Assembly (NCBI GenBank): GCA_963719505.1
Contig: CAVRCF010000004.1
Coordinates: 160,001 to 224,000 of the forward strand
DNA: 64,000 nucleotides
Reading direction: 5' to 3'
From: Halobacteriovoraceae bacterium
GTDB taxonomy: Bacteria > Bdellovibrionota > Bacteriovoracia > Bacteriovoracales > Bacteriovoracaceae
Positions 19,621 through 30,222 of the stretch are shown in pieces. The stretch's first letter is position 1, and every line of letters starts with the position of its first letter. The notes beneath the pieces are model-generated. The model made no database searches, was not told the origin of the DNA, and saw only the letters and a list, made by a program, of their open reading frames with translations. The position numbers were made by a program, and so were the translations under genes.

Positions 19621-20136
19621 TTATTCAAATATTGATAATTCTAATTTCTCTGTTTTAAATCCTAGATCTTTTGCAAACTGCACATACTCATTATAGTCAG
19701 CTTCATTCATTGATGTTGTTCTGCTCATAATCCAAAGAGACTTTCTATCATTCCCGCCAACAATAACGTATTCATAGTTGGGGTCTATTTTTACTATATT
19801 GTAATCGCCTTTGATTCTAAAAAGCCTTGACCACCATGTATAGAATCTAACTTCTAGTTCGGCATTCGTTTGAAAATTAATAATCTTGGCTTCACCTTTT
19901 ATTGTGGTCTTCTTCTTCTTTTTTATACAAGTATTAAGAACAGATATCTTCTGATCAGTCATAATTTCATAATCAGCCGTTTGGGCTAAGCAGCCTCTAG
20001 TAAAAATTTGAGGAAGAGAACTTATCACATACCACTTTCCAATATAGCGATTTACATCGATAACTTCATTTGTTGCGACACTCGTTGTACCACCAGCGAA
20101 AGCAGCCAAGCTTAAAATAAAGACCAGTATTTTCAT
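19621..20136 (-). CDS. blc: Lipocalin (Blc-like)
   Basis: RYIGKWY, GDYNIV..D..Y, LWIMSR. Confidence 0.88.
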   Translation of the reverse strand: MKILVFILSLAAFAGGTTSVATNEVIDVNRYIGKWYVISSLPQIFTRGCLAQTADYEIMTDQKISVLNTCIKKKKKTTIKGEAKIINFQTNAELEVRFYTWWSRLFRIKGDYNIVKIDPNYEYVIVGGNDRKSLWIMSRTTSMNEADYNEYVQFAKDLGFKTEKLELSIFE

Positions 20137-20254
20137 GGAAACTCCTTTGTTAATAGACTTCTACTATAGTATAGCCGCTTACGATAGTTTACATTTCATA
20201 GACAAGAAATTTTTGATTAGTTTTAAACACATTCAAAGATAAAAGATAAAAGAT

Positions 20255-20284
20255 AAAAAAAAGGCCCGGGATTTATCCCAGGCC
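20255..20284 (-). terminator. Intrinsic terminator of rpsD
   Basis: GGCCTGGGAT-AA-ATCCCGGGCC followed by a T-run on the minus strand. Confidence 0.75.
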
Positions 20285-20311
20285 AATTCAATTATAAATC
20301 TAATCTTTAAA

Positions 20312-20952
20312 TTATGATTTAATTTTCCAGTAATATTCGATCACTAATCGTTTTTCGAATGCGAATGGAATATCTTCCGGTAGTGGCTCAGAAACAACTT
20401 TAGCTTTTTCTTTTTCACCATCATCTTCTTTTGAAAGAAATGCTGGAATAGCAGAAAGTCTTGGTCTTGCTTGAGCTTGAAGGTAGTTTCCTGACTTCGC
20501 ACCTTTATCCTGAGATTGTAATTTCGTCACCAACATTTACTGTTGCAGAAGCAATATTACATTTCTTACCGTTAACTAGAGATTGTCCGTGACTTACCAT
20601 TTGTCTTGCTGCTGCAATTGATGGAGCCCAGTTAAGTCTGAAGACAACATTATCTAGTCTAGACTCTAAAGAGATGACAAGAGAATCAACCCATGCTCTT
20701 TTATGTCTTTTTTACATTTTTTAATAAGATTAACTGAGTTGTTTTTCTCTAACACCGTAGTGAAATCTAACTTTTTGTTTTTCCATAAGACGAATCGTAT
20801 AGTCAGAAAGTTTCTTTCTTTTCATACCGTGCATGACCTGGACCGTATGGTCTTCTCTCTATAGCACCAGCTTTACCAAGTCCTGGTAATTCAACTCCAA
20901 GTCTTCTTTGGATTTTGAAGGCAGACTTTCCGCCCATCGTAGTTTTTGACAT
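20312..20952 (-). pseudogene. rpsD: 30S ribosomal protein S4 with four frameshifts (pseudogene or assembly errors)
   Basis: Pieces read MSKTTMGGKSAFKIQRRLG..RPYGPG / [22 protein letters not shown] / [28 protein letters not shown] / ...VIEYY; indels near 20835, 20735, 20700 and 20510. Confidence 0.9.
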
Positions 20953-21103
20953 CTTTTATCCTTTGTACTAGAACCCAAGTAGAATTTGATTGTAAACCGT
21001 TGAGTTATAGCAGGAAACGTTTATATGAATTCACTGTTAATGCCTGCTTCCAAAAATCAGTAGAGTGAATGTAATAAAATTAACCCTTTGTGGCAAGGAG
21101 ATT

Positions 21104-21571
21104 CTATAACTCTTTTACACTATTTAATAGGTTGACCATCTCAATTGTGCCAAGCGCAACTTCCCAGCCTTTATTTCCAGCTTTCGTTCCAGCACGCTCT
21201 ATCGCCTGCTCAATATTTTCAGTTGTTAGAACGCCGAACATCACCGGTAGACCGTGGTCAAGACCAACCTTTGCTATTCCTTTGGCCGCTTCATTACATA
21301 CATAGTCATAGTGCGTTGTAGCACCTCTGATAACACAGCCAAGACAGATAATCGCGTCAAACTTTTTCGTCTCAGCCAGCTTTTTAGCAACAAGAGGTAG
21401 CTCATAAGCCCCAGGGACCCAAACTTCCGTTATTGAATCTTCATCAACACCGTGGCGAACTAAACAGTCGTGTGCACCACCGTGAAGTTTTGAAACGATG
21501 AACTCATTAAATCTTGCCGATACAATAGCAATCTTTTGATTTTCTCCAGTTAACTTTCCTTCAATCATCAT
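21104..21571 (-). CDS. ribH: 6,7-dimethyl-8-ribityllumazine synthase
   Basis: [30 protein letters not shown]. Confidence 0.97.
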   Translation of the reverse strand: MMIEGKLTGENQKIAIVSARFNEFIVSKLHGGAHDCLVRHGVDEDSITEVWVPGAYELPLVAKKLAETKKFDAIICLGCVIRGATTHYDYVCNEAAKGIAKVGLDHGLPVMFGVLTTENIEQAIERAGTKAGNKGWEVALGTIEMVNLLNSVKEL

Positions 21572-21586
21572 GTCATTTTCCTTTAA

Positions 21587-22219
21587 TTAAATATTTTGTT
21601 TAAATTTTTTAAGATCTTCTATTGATATAAGTTTGAGATTAAATTTCTGTGCGAGAACCTCAAGCTCGCCAACTCTTGCACAGCTTCCATCTTCATTTAA
21701 AATTTCGCAGATAACTCCAGCTGGGCGATAGCCAGCTAAAACGGCAAGATCTACAGCAGCTTCAGTGTGGCCTTCTCGAACTAAAACTCCACCTTCTTTT
21801 GCGATAAGGGGAAATATATGTCCTGGTCTGACAAAATCCGATGGCTTCGATTGAGGATCAGCTAAAAGTTTCAAGGTCGTCATTCTATCTTCTGCAGAAA
21901 TCCCTGTGGAGATATCATGTGAGGCATCTATTGAGACGGTAAAGGCTGTGCCTTGATGGTCTGAGCCGTCACTATACATCAGGGGAAGGTGAAGATCAGC
22001 CGCAATTTGAGTTGAAACTGGTGCACAAATTAAGCCTCTACCGTGGGTGGCCATAAAGTTCACATCGGCAGCGGTAACAATTTGGGCGGGCATGATGAAG
22101 TCTCCTTCATTTTCACGATTTTCGTCATCCACCACGATTACCATTTTGCCGATCTTTAAATCTTCAATAGCTTCTTCGATGGTATTAAAAACGTCACTCA
22201 CTTTTGATCCTTTGCCCAT
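21587..22219 (-). CDS. ribB: 3,4-dihydroxy-2-butanone-4-phosphate synthase (stand-alone)
   Basis: [30 protein letters not shown]; exact start uncertain. Confidence 0.96.
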   Translation of the reverse strand: MGKGSKVSDVFNTIEEAIEDLKIGKMVIVVDDENRENEGDFIMPAQIVTAADVNFMATHGRGLICAPVSTQIAADLHLPLMYSDGSDHQGTAFTVSIDASHDISTGISAEDRMTTLKLLADPQSKPSDFVRPGHIFPLIAKEGGVLVREGHTEAAVDLAVLAGYRPAGVICEILNEDGSCARVGELEVLAQKFNLKLISIEDLKKFKQNI

Positions 22220-22842
22220 TGGTCTAGATTGAAACTTTTCTTTGAATTTGATTTCATAAAGCCCACGAAGTTCTCTAGATACTTTGCCATCATATCTACT
22301 TCAATATTGAGGTAATCTCCAACCTTTTTTGTATGAAGAATAGTATTATCCCAAGTGTGGGGTATTATTGACACCGAAAAAGCCGTAGATGTAAGTTTTG
22401 AAATTGTGAGGCTAATTCCTTCTAAAGCAATTGAACCTTCACTTATCATATACCTTCTTAAATCACTTGGAGCTTCAATTGTGATGTCGAAATTTTTACC
22501 TTTTGAATCAATTTTTAAAATTTTTCCTGTCCCGTTAACATGACCTTGAACAAAGTGACCACCTAATCTGTCCATGGGTCTAAGTGCCAGCTCTAAGTTT
22601 ACTTTTGAGCCGACGGTGAGCTTTCCGGTGGTGGTCTTCTCTAAAGTGACATGAACGGCTTGAACTTTGAAGGTTTTGTCTTTAATTTGTGTTGCTGTTA
22701 AGCAGACGCCATTTGTCGCAATTGAATCATCAATTTTAATTTCCTCGATAAGTTTAGGAGCTTCGATAGTGAACTCTTTCCCCTCAGGATTTGATTTAAT
22801 GGCTTTAATTATTCCAATGTCTTTTATTAGTCCGGTAAACAT
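22198..22842 (-). CDS. ribE: Riboflavin synthase
   Basis: [29 protein letters not shown]. Confidence 0.96.
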   Translation of the reverse strand: MFTGLIKDIGIIKAIKSNPEGKEFTIEAPKLIEEIKIDDSIATNGVCLTATQIKDKTFKVQAVHVTLEKTTTGKLTVGSKVNLELALRPMDRLGGHFVQGHVNGTGKILKIDSKGKNFDITIEAPSDLRRYMISEGSIALEGISLTISKLTSTAFSVSIIPHTWDNTILHTKKVGDYLNIEVDMMAKYLENFVGFMKSNSKKSFNLDQWAKDQK

Positions 22843-22843
22843 T

Positions 22844-23926
22844 CTACTTCCTAAGTCCTGTGATACAGATGTCTGTTCCTAAAGATTTGTGTTCTATATT
22901 TTTGAGCTCCAAGCTCTCACTCATTTTATCAATTGATAAGTCTTTCACTGAGCTATTTCCGCTTCCTAGAATTTTGGGTGCGATGTAGAAGCTCACTCTA
23001 TTAAAGAATTTCTTCTTTAAAAAATGAGAATGCACAATACTGCCTCCCTCAACAAAGAGTGAGGTTACCATAAAATCATCGTAGAGTATCTTACACATCT
23101 GTTCTACATCGATATTACCGGAGCTATCTCTTGGGACATAAATGATATTAGCTTTGATTTTTGTTTGAGTATTCTCCGGAAGAATCAAGTGGGTCATCTC
23201 TTTATATTGGTCGTTGAAAAGAAAAAGATCTTCAGGAAGAATCCCACTTACGGAGATAATAAATCTCTTTATCGCCTTGGTTTTGTTTTTGGTTCGAACA
23301 GTTAATATCGGGTTGTCCAATCTGGCCGTGTTAGCCCCTATAAGAATACCATCGAAAGAGAGTCTCTTTTCGTGAACGTCTGCTCGGGAGAGTTCATTGG
23401 TAATCCACTTGGATTCGCCCAAATGAGTTGCCGTTTTACCATCTAGAGTTTGTGCTATTTTGAGATGAATGAATGGAGTCTTATTAACGATATGGTGAAA
23501 GAATATCTCATTGAGTTTCTCACCTTCATCTTTAAGGACGCCAACGATCACTTCTATCCCCGCATCGACAAGTATTTTTACACCTTGACCGGCAACTTCA
23601 GGATTTGGATCGAGGTTGGCGATCACAACAGTTGATATACCTTCTTTTACTAGTCTTTGAGCGCAAGGAGGTGTTTTTTTATTAGTATGGCAGCAAGGCT
23701 CTAAATTACAGTAAAGAGTTGCTCCAACAACTGAAGAAGTCGCATTATTAAAAGCATCGACTTCAGCGTGATCAAGACCAGCTTTGTGATGATATCCTTT
23801 GGCAATAACTTGATCACCTTTGACAATAACACAGCCAACTAGTGGGTTTGGTGAAACATCTCCCAAAGCTTTCAAGGCCAAATCAAAACACTGCTTCATA
23901 TAGGTTTCATGGACTTTAGAGCTCAA
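22844..23926 (-). CDS. ribD: Bifunctional pyrimidine deaminase/reductase
   Basis: PNPLVG, HAE, LEPCCH..TPPC, TLDGK, VEGG. Confidence 0.96.
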   Translation of the reverse strand: MSSKVHETYMKQCFDLALKALGDVSPNPLVGCVIVKGDQVIAKGYHHKAGLDHAEVDAFNNATSSVVGATLYCNLEPCCHTNKKTPPCAQRLVKEGISTVVIANLDPNPEVAGQGVKILVDAGIEVIVGVLKDEGEKLNEIFFHHIVNKTPFIHLKIAQTLDGKTATHLGESKWITNELSRADVHEKRLSFDGILIGANTARLDNPILTVRTKNKTKAIKRFIISVSGILPEDLFLFNDQYKEMTHLILPENTQTKIKANIIYVPRDSSGNIDVEQMCKILYDDFMVTSLFVEGGSIVHSHFLKKKFFNRVSFYIAPKILGSGNSSVKDLSIDKMSESLELKNIEHKSLGTDICITGLRK

Positions 23927-24867
23927 AGGGGAACCTCAGTATAGGTATAAACATCGGGAGCAGCTTTAATGAGATCGTGAAAAGGTTTGAGTGAGTATTG
24001 TGGCTGCACGCCAATCCACTCTTTTATTGAGGCGTCTGGCTTCGCTTGGTTGATCCAGTGAAAAATACAAGCCTGTCTCAAACTTTTAGCCGTTATCTTA
24101 TCATTAAGCTTGTTGCCAAATTCTTTAAACAGAACCTCGATACCACGAGGGGAGAGGCCGCCGGCTAAAATTTTATAAGGATTCGCATTGAAAAAAAAGT
24201 TTGAAAATTCAATATCATCTTTTACTTTTTGCTCTTCTAAAAAACCGACATAAGGGGTGTAAAATCTCTCAAAATTCGCAGACAGCTCAACAGTGTAGGG
24301 ATCTCTTTTGGGTGGTGTTATCATGACTCGAAATGCGCCGTCTTGCTGTCTAAAGACGTGTTTACTTTCAAGGGCCTCAAGGTCTGAAACTTTCAGCCCG
24401 CCACCGTAGATGAGCTCAATAAGCACCAAGTTTCTGTAGGCCGTCAGACGCTCTAGGGGCTTTTTACTTTTAGTATTGGCGAAATTTAATTCATACAGTT
24501 TGATCAGGAGTTTAAAGCTTGCAGGATTTGGTTTGTCGACTCTCTTAGGGGCAACTGCCGCCTGCTTGAGAGGATTGTGTTCGATGAGACCTTTGTGGAC
24601 GAGAGTATCGAAAAAGATACGCAAGGCCTGGATTCTTCTTCTAATTGAATTAGGCGAATTATAGGTGTCTTCAAGGAACTTATTGTATTCTAACACCTCA
24701 GCGTGGGTCATCTCAGTGATGAAGAGATCTCGACCCTTTAAGGCAAGATACTTATTGTAGCAGTTGAGATCAGTTTTATAGTTTTTAACGGTATTGAAGC
24801 TTTTCCCAGCTGCATTTAGTTGATCAAGAAAAGCTTTTTGTTCGGAGATAAGGTCTATTTTGTTCAT
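23923..24867 (-). CDS. Tyrosine-recombinase-fold protein (XerC/D-like) with substituted catalytic motifs
   Basis: N-terminal core-binding domain (SFNTVKNY..DL; SIRRRIQALRIFF); GLKVSDL, KSLRQ, WIGV..LKPF in place of GxRxxE, HxLRH, LGH...Y. Confidence 0.75.
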   Translation of the reverse strand: MNKIDLISEQKAFLDQLNAAGKSFNTVKNYKTDLNCYNKYLALKGRDLFITEMTHAEVLEYNKFLEDTYNSPNSIRRRIQALRIFFDTLVHKGLIEHNPLKQAAVAPKRVDKPNPASFKLLIKLYELNFANTKSKKPLERLTAYRNLVLIELIYGGGLKVSDLEALESKHVFRQQDGAFRVMITPPKRDPYTVELSANFERFYTPYVGFLEEQKVKDDIEFSNFFFNANPYKILAGGLSPRGIEVLFKEFGNKLNDKITAKSLRQACIFHWINQAKPDASIKEWIGVQPQYSLKPFHDLIKAAPDVYTYTEVPL

Positions 24868-25029
24868 GGTGCGTATATACCTTAATTTTCTCGTGAGTTC
24901 AATTACTTATAGATATGAAGTAATTTCACATAGGGATTTACAACCCCTTTACTGCGGTGCTAGAAGTGAGCATTCAAATAGATGGTAGATGTCTTTAAGA
25001 CTCAGACCTTGACGACCTTAGGAGCATGA

Positions 25030-25824
25030 ATGAGTTTAACTCGTTTAAGTGAATATTTTATTAATGAGTATTTTCCACTCAATAAAGCGGCCACAAAGGC
25101 GGACTTCCAAGCGGAAGTCTCCTCAAAAGTGAGTTCAGTCCTAAATTATAGTTTTCAAAATAATGACCTTCTTATCGAGTCTTTAACCCATAAATCATTT
25201 TCTCATGAATCTAAGTTCGATCTTCTCTACAACGAGAGGCTTGAGTTCTTGGGAGATGCGATATTGGACCTTATTGTTTCTGATGAAATTTTTAAAGCCT
25301 TTCCAGAGTCTCCTGAAGGGGATCTGTCTAAATTGAGATCGACTATTGTTAATGAAGCGACTCTGTCTCATATTGCACAGATGAACAACTTGGATAAACT
25401 CATTCTCTTGGGCAAAGGTGAAATAAAGAATAATGGCTTTAATAAAGCGAGTGTTCTTTCAGACTGCTTTGAAGCCGTTGTTGGAGCTGTTTATCTCGAT
25501 TCTAATTTTGAAACCGTAAAAAGCGTTGTTTCTGAAGTCTTTAAAAATTATGAAGTTAAAGCAAGTGTAGAGCTTTTCGATCTAAAGTCTCTTAAGGATT
25601 CAGATCCCAAAAGTAAGCTTCAAGAAATCACGATGAAAGAGTTTCAAGTCACTCCAAAATATGAGTCTGAAGAGATTGTTGAAAATAAACAAAAGGTATT
25701 TGAAGTTAAGATTTTGATAAAAGATCAAGTCTTAGCTTCGGAAAAAAATATTTCAAAAAAGAAAGCCATGCAAAACCTTGCCAGCAAAGTATTAAAAGAA
25801 AACATCTATAAAAATATAAACTAA
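25030..25824 (+). CDS. rnc: Ribonuclease III
   Basis: NERLEFLGDAIL, DCFEAVVGA, C-terminal dsRBD DPKSKLQE. Confidence 0.96.
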   Translation: MSLTRLSEYFINEYFPLNKAATKADFQAEVSSKVSSVLNYSFQNNDLLIESLTHKSFSHESKFDLLYNERLEFLGDAILDLIVSDEIFKAFPESPEGDLSKLRSTIVNEATLSHIAQMNNLDKLILLGKGEIKNNGFNKASVLSDCFEAVVGAVYLDSNFETVKSVVSEVFKNYEVKASVELFDLKSLKDSDPKSKLQEITMKEFQVTPKYESEEIVENKQKVFEVKILIKDQVLASEKNISKKKAMQNLASKVLKENIYKNIN

Positions 25825-25833
25825 GGACAAAAA

Positions 25834-26808
25834 ATGTTAATGACTGATCAAAACCCATTTAATAAATCAATTATGATTGCCCTTTTGGGAAAGCCAAACG
25901 CAGGAAAGTCAACGCTCATCAATTATCTTTTGGGATTTGACCTCTCTATTGTAAGCTCGATGCCACAGACAACGAGGAATCAGTTTCACTGTGCCTTTAC
26001 AGTGGATAAAACAACTGAAGTTGTTCTTGTTGACACTCCGGGTGTTCACTCTTCAAGTAAAGAGTTAAACATAAGAATGAATGGTCAAGCTCAGTACGGA
26101 AGTGAAGGAGCTGATTTAAATTTTCTCCTTCTCGATATAAATAAAGATGTTATTGAAGACACGAAATCCTTTTTAAAGGAATTCGAAAAAAGTTTAAGCC
26201 GCACTTGGATTGTTTTTACCAAGGTTGATAGAATGGAAAATAACTCTTTTGACTTCGAAGGCAATTTTGCTCAAATTAAAGAGCTGATTCCTGGTGCTGA
26301 GAAGTACTTTGCAATTTCAGCAAAAGAAGGAACAAATGTTCACAACTTAACAGGTGAGATTGTTGATGAAGCCAAAGAGGGACCCCATCTTTATCCAAAC
26401 GGTACGGTTTCAAATAAAAACGAAAGATTCTTTGCAACAGAATATATAAGAGAACAAGCTTTTAAAATTTTAAAAGATGAGCTGCCTTATGAAATCGCAG
26501 TTGTTATCGAAGATTTTCAAGACGGTTTTAAGGATGAAGAAAAATCCATCTCAAGAGATACAAAAATTTCCGCATCTATTCTTGTTAATAGACCTAGTCA
26601 AAGAGCCATCGTTGTTGGTGCAAAGGGTAAAAATATAAAAGAGATCGGAACAGGGGCAAGAAAGAAAATTGAAGCCATGGTTGGGGATAGAGTTCACCTT
26701 AATCTACACGTAAAAGTGAGTCCAAAGTGGTTTAAAAATAACTTTGTTTTAGATGAAATAGGTCTTCCTAGAACTCATAAGTCTAATAGAGTTTGGAGAA
26801 AAAAATAA
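25834..26808 (+). CDS. era: GTPase Era
   Basis: [22 protein letters not shown] domain ELPY...IKEIG. Confidence 0.96.
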   Translation: MLMTDQNPFNKSIMIALLGKPNAGKSTLINYLLGFDLSIVSSMPQTTRNQFHCAFTVDKTTEVVLVDTPGVHSSSKELNIRMNGQAQYGSEGADLNFLLLDINKDVIEDTKSFLKEFEKSLSRTWIVFTKVDRMENNSFDFEGNFAQIKELIPGAEKYFAISAKEGTNVHNLTGEIVDEAKEGPHLYPNGTVSNKNERFFATEYIREQAFKILKDELPYEIAVVIEDFQDGFKDEEKSISRDTKISASILVNRPSQRAIVVGAKGKNIKEIGTGARKKIEAMVGDRVHLNLHVKVSPKWFKNNFVLDEIGLPRTHKSNRVWRKK

Positions 26809-28592
26809 TGAAACGTAATACTAGATCAGCAGTTATCTCTCTCATAGGGAGACCGAATGTTGGAAAGAGCTCTCTTTTTAATAGGCTCATGAGAAAAAAC
26901 TATAAAGCCATGACTCACGATCTTCCCGGAGTTACTCGTGATCGCCACTACGGAATTGCATCGTTCTACGATAGATCCGAAGAAAACCCTGAAGATGTCA
27001 TTCTTGTCGATACGGGGGGATTCTATCCTGAAAAAGTCGAAAAAGTGGAGAAGCTTGGAAAGAAAAAAACAGCGGAACCGTTTTTTAACCTGATGGCCGA
27101 TCATGCTAAAGTCGCTATTGGTGAAAGTGATCTCGTTTTATTTGTTGTTGATGTTCGAGAAGGTCTTCTTCCTTTTGATAAGGGAATTTGCGATTATATA
27201 AGAACCACAAAAAAGAAAATGTGGCTTATCGTTAATAAATTTGATTCAGATTCTCAATGGGGTACTGAGGCAGATTTCTATGAACTTGGCTTACATGAAG
27301 ACCAATACCTCATCGTCTCCGCTGAACACGGAAGGGGACTGGGTGAGATGAGAGAGAGAATCTATAATTTCGTTGGTGAATTTAACAAAGAAGTCAAAGA
27401 GCTGGAAGAAGTTCAAAAAGGTGTTAAACCAAACTTTGATGTCGTTGCTAATATAGCTTTAATTGGAGCTCCTAATGCTGGGAAGTCAACACTGCTCAAT
27501 AATCTAGTTGGCGCTCAAAGAGCAGTTGTCTCTGATATTGCTGGGACGACAGTGGATCCAATAGAGGGATATTTTGATTTATTTTTTGGTAAAGATGTGT
27601 CAGCCCTTACAGCCCAAGAAAATGCTTTTAGAAAAACCAATATGGATTTATATAAAGAGTATAATGAATTTGAAGAAGAGTTTGGTGAAGAGGCTTTAAT
27701 CGCTTATGAGAACCTTACTCCGCAGATGACGGACGCATCACTTGAAGCTATAGACGATAGTGACGAAGAAATGGAAGTCGGAGACCTTGAGAATGAGGCC
27801 CTTTTCTCTGTCGAAGATAATATGGAAGCTCTCGAATCAGATGATTCCGTAGAAGTATCTGAAGAAGCAGTTGAGGATGAAGAACTACCAGAACCTCACC
27901 GTTCGATAAAAATCGTCGACACAGCAGGTATTAGAAAACAAAGTAGCGTTAAAGGTTTTATAGAAGAGCAGTCGGTTTATCGTTCCCTTAGGGCCATTAC
28001 AGAAGCTGATGTTGTTGTTTATATGATCGATGCCACCAAAGGGATTGCTCATCAAGACAGAAGATTGGTGGATGTTGCTTTGGAGCGAGGGAAGTCGGTT
28101 ATCATATGTCTTAATAAGATTGATCTCATGCGAGAGGTGATCGACGATCCGAAAAGAAAAAAAGAATGGCTCCTTGATCTTAGGGCAACTGTTCCTTGGT
28201 TGAGTTTCTGTGAGCTTTTGACTATTTCTGCGAAAAAAGGATCTTTCCTTGGAACGTTTAGAAAATCATTAGCGAAAACAATTCTTATTAGAAATAAAAA
28301 GCTTGGGACAAGTAAACTGAATAAGGTTGTGTCTGGTCTTGTGGATCGGCACCCGGTTGTCCTAAAAAGAGCAGAAGGTGCAGTCTTTAAGGTTAAGTAT
28401 GTTTCGATGTTAAAATCGGCTCCGCCAACCTTTCTTCTTTTTACAAATAAATCAAAAGGGGTTCCAGCCAACTACAAGAAGTACCTTCAAAGTGGCTTGA
28501 GAAATGAATTTGGGCTTGTAAACACTCCAGTCCATCTGATTTTTAGAACTGCTGCGGATATTGAAAAAAGATTGAAAAAAAGTAAGTTATAA
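26808..28592 (+). CDS. der: Ribosome biogenesis GTPase Der (EngA) with acidic insertion in GD2
   Basis: Two G domains ([32 protein letters not shown]) and C-terminal PPTF domain; ATG overlaps the era stop. Confidence 0.95.
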   Translation: MKRNTRSAVISLIGRPNVGKSSLFNRLMRKNYKAMTHDLPGVTRDRHYGIASFYDRSEENPEDVILVDTGGFYPEKVEKVEKLGKKKTAEPFFNLMADHAKVAIGESDLVLFVVDVREGLLPFDKGICDYIRTTKKKMWLIVNKFDSDSQWGTEADFYELGLHEDQYLIVSAEHGRGLGEMRERIYNFVGEFNKEVKELEEVQKGVKPNFDVVANIALIGAPNAGKSTLLNNLVGAQRAVVSDIAGTTVDPIEGYFDLFFGKDVSALTAQENAFRKTNMDLYKEYNEFEEEFGEEALIAYENLTPQMTDASLEAIDDSDEEMEVGDLENEALFSVEDNMEALESDDSVEVSEEAVEDEELPEPHRSIKIVDTAGIRKQSSVKGFIEEQSVYRSLRAITEADVVVYMIDATKGIAHQDRRLVDVALERGKSVIICLNKIDLMREVIDDPKRKKEWLLDLRATVPWLSFCELLTISAKKGSFLGTFRKSLAKTILIRNKKLGTSKLNKVVSGLVDRHPVVLKRAEGAVFKVKYVSMLKSAPPTFLLFTNKSKGVPANYKKYLQSGLRNEFGLVNTPVHLIFRTAADIEKRLKKSKL

Positions 28593-28598
28593 GATTGG

Positions 28599-28626
28599 GC
28601 CCATCTCTAAGATGGGCTTTTTTTTT
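28599..28626 (+). terminator. Intrinsic terminator after der
   Basis: GCCCATCT-CTA-AGATGGGC plus T-run. Confidence 0.85.
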
Positions 28627-29416
28627 ACCAACTGATATTATAACTCATAAAGAAAGTGATAACATCACCGTTTAAATTATCAAAAGTATTCCCCGGCTCT
28701 TCCCCTGGATCAGGTGTAGGGTCTTCTTGAAAGTCGATAGTATTTTTGTCAAAGAAATTAACGACGTGGTACTTCACTTCAACGTTAAAGTAAGTTTTCT
28801 TTATCTCAATGGGAAACTCAAGTCCTACCCCAAAGCCCGTTCCAATACCACCACCAGACTCATCTGAAATATCATCGTTATCTAGGTAGATATTCGTTTG
28901 GTACCAATACTCTAAGCGTCCAACAAAGTAGGGGTTGGAGTAGGTAATGGCCGTTCCAAGATCTGCGGTATCAATATAGTAGCGAAAGCCAAAGAAGGGC
29001 CTAAGCATATTTGTTTCTATGGCCCCGATTTGCTCGTCAACTCCATTGACGAATCCATCGACGAAGTAAGTATGTTTTGAGTATTCAAAACCCATAACAA
29101 AAACATTTCTGAAGTCGATAAAATACATCAATGATAATGCAAATGAGGGATGATTATCTGTGTAGGCAACTCCTCGGTTTCCAGTGAAACTTGTGAAGCC
29201 AACACCGATATTGACCCCAAAAAAGCGGCTGTATCGATAGAATCTTTCATCTTCCATAACTTGAGAAGCTTCGAGATCTTCATTAAAGTCCGAAAAAATA
29301 TCACCACCGACATTGAAGTCATCCTCAATGAGTTCAGCGGGAGATTGGGCTAGTGCGCCAAAGCTGATAAGTGAAAGCATTATAATCTTAATAAAAATGT
29401 TCAAATTTTTGTCCAT
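28625..29416 (-). CDS. Putative outer-membrane beta-barrel protein
   Basis: Signal peptide, beta-strand pattern, terminal aromatic residue (YNISW). Confidence 0.65.
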   Translation of the reverse strand: MDKNLNIFIKIIMLSLISFGALAQSPAELIEDDFNVGGDIFSDFNEDLEASQVMEDERFYRYSRFFGVNIGVGFTSFTGNRGVAYTDNHPSFALSLMYFIDFRNVFVMGFEYSKHTYFVDGFVNGVDEQIGAIETNMLRPFFGFRYYIDTADLGTAITYSNPYFVGRLEYWYQTNIYLDNDDISDESGGGIGTGFGVGLEFPIEIKKTYFNVEVKYHVVNFFDKNTIDFQEDPTPDPGEEPGNTFDNLNGDVITFFMSYNISW

Positions 29417-29472
29417 CTAGGGTTGCTGTGCAATATGTTACTTTATTAAAATGCTATATGAGTCACGATCTT

Positions 29473-29502
29473 TTGACAACTTATAGATTTTCCGACTAAA
29501 AT
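29473..29502 (+). promoter_or_regulatory. Sigma70-like promoter for the yfgM-bamB-like genes
   Basis: TTGACA-N18-TAAAAT. Confidence 0.5.
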
Positions 29503-29546
29503 TTGGAGTTAAAAATGAAACTTGTTCACTATAAAAAGGCTTTAAA

Positions 29547-30215
29547 ATGACTGATGAATCTCAATCACTCGATCAAACATTGGATCAAACACTAAATAAG
29601 ACTGACTTTGGTCATATGATTAATGAAAATAAAGTAGGAATTCTTATTGCCGGAGCTGTTTTAGTAGCTGCTATCATCGGTTTTTCCCTTTACTCAACAC
29701 AAAGTGAAAAGGCTTATCAAAAGTCTTTAAGCGAAGCCTACGTCTTTGAACAAGATGTTTTAAATGCTTTTAATCAAGATAAAATAAACGCCGATGAATT
29801 TATTAAAAAAATAAAAGAACTTCCCGCTAATGTTAAAGGGACAAACGCTATCGTGCCCGCACTTTTTGTCTCTTTAGATAAGCTAGTCAAAGATGGTAAG
29901 CAAAAAGAAGCAATTGAAATTCTAGAGAACTGGAAAGCAAATTATTCGTCAGGAACTTTTATGTCTTACTTTATGGGATTGAAGTTAGCTCCTCTGTACG
30001 AAGACAACCAAATGTATGATAAAGCCATCGATCTCCTTCAGTCGATGATTGCCTCTAAAGTAGAGGTGGTAAAGGCGAGACTTTACCTAAACTTAGGTCG
30101 AATCTATTTGAAAAAGGGTGACAAGAGCAAAGCTGAAGAAAATTTTAATTTTATTATCACCAACTACAAAGACTCAGAGTTTGCAAAAACAGCAACTCTT
30201 TACCTTGGTAAATAG
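29547..30215 (+). CDS. YfgM-like membrane-anchored TPR protein
   Basis: N-terminal TM, C-terminal TPR pattern, directly upstream of a BamB-like gene. Confidence 0.7.
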   Translation: MTDESQSLDQTLDQTLNKTDFGHMINENKVGILIAGAVLVAAIIGFSLYSTQSEKAYQKSLSEAYVFEQDVLNAFNQDKINADEFIKKIKELPANVKGTNAIVPALFVSLDKLVKDGKQKEAIEILENWKANYSSGTFMSYFMGLKLAPLYEDNQMYDKAIDLLQSMIASKVEVVKARLYLNLGRIYLKKGDKSKAEENFNFIITNYKDSEFAKTATLYLGK

Positions 30216-30222
30216 AGGCATT

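Noticed and set aside
20178..20192. GTAAA-N5-GTAAG CpxR-like repeat upstream of blc (minus strand)
   Set aside because: Short AT-rich match with no second clear instance and no regulator in view.
20236..20258. AAAGATA repeated three times
   Set aside because: Short low-complexity tandem repeat beside a terminator; not an array.
20312..20536. 74-aa ORF as an independent gene
   Set aside because: It is the C-terminal piece of frameshifted rpsD.
23923..24867. Prophage or island integrase
   Set aside because: No att-like repeats, tRNA or cargo genes; housekeeping flanks; catalytic motifs substituted.
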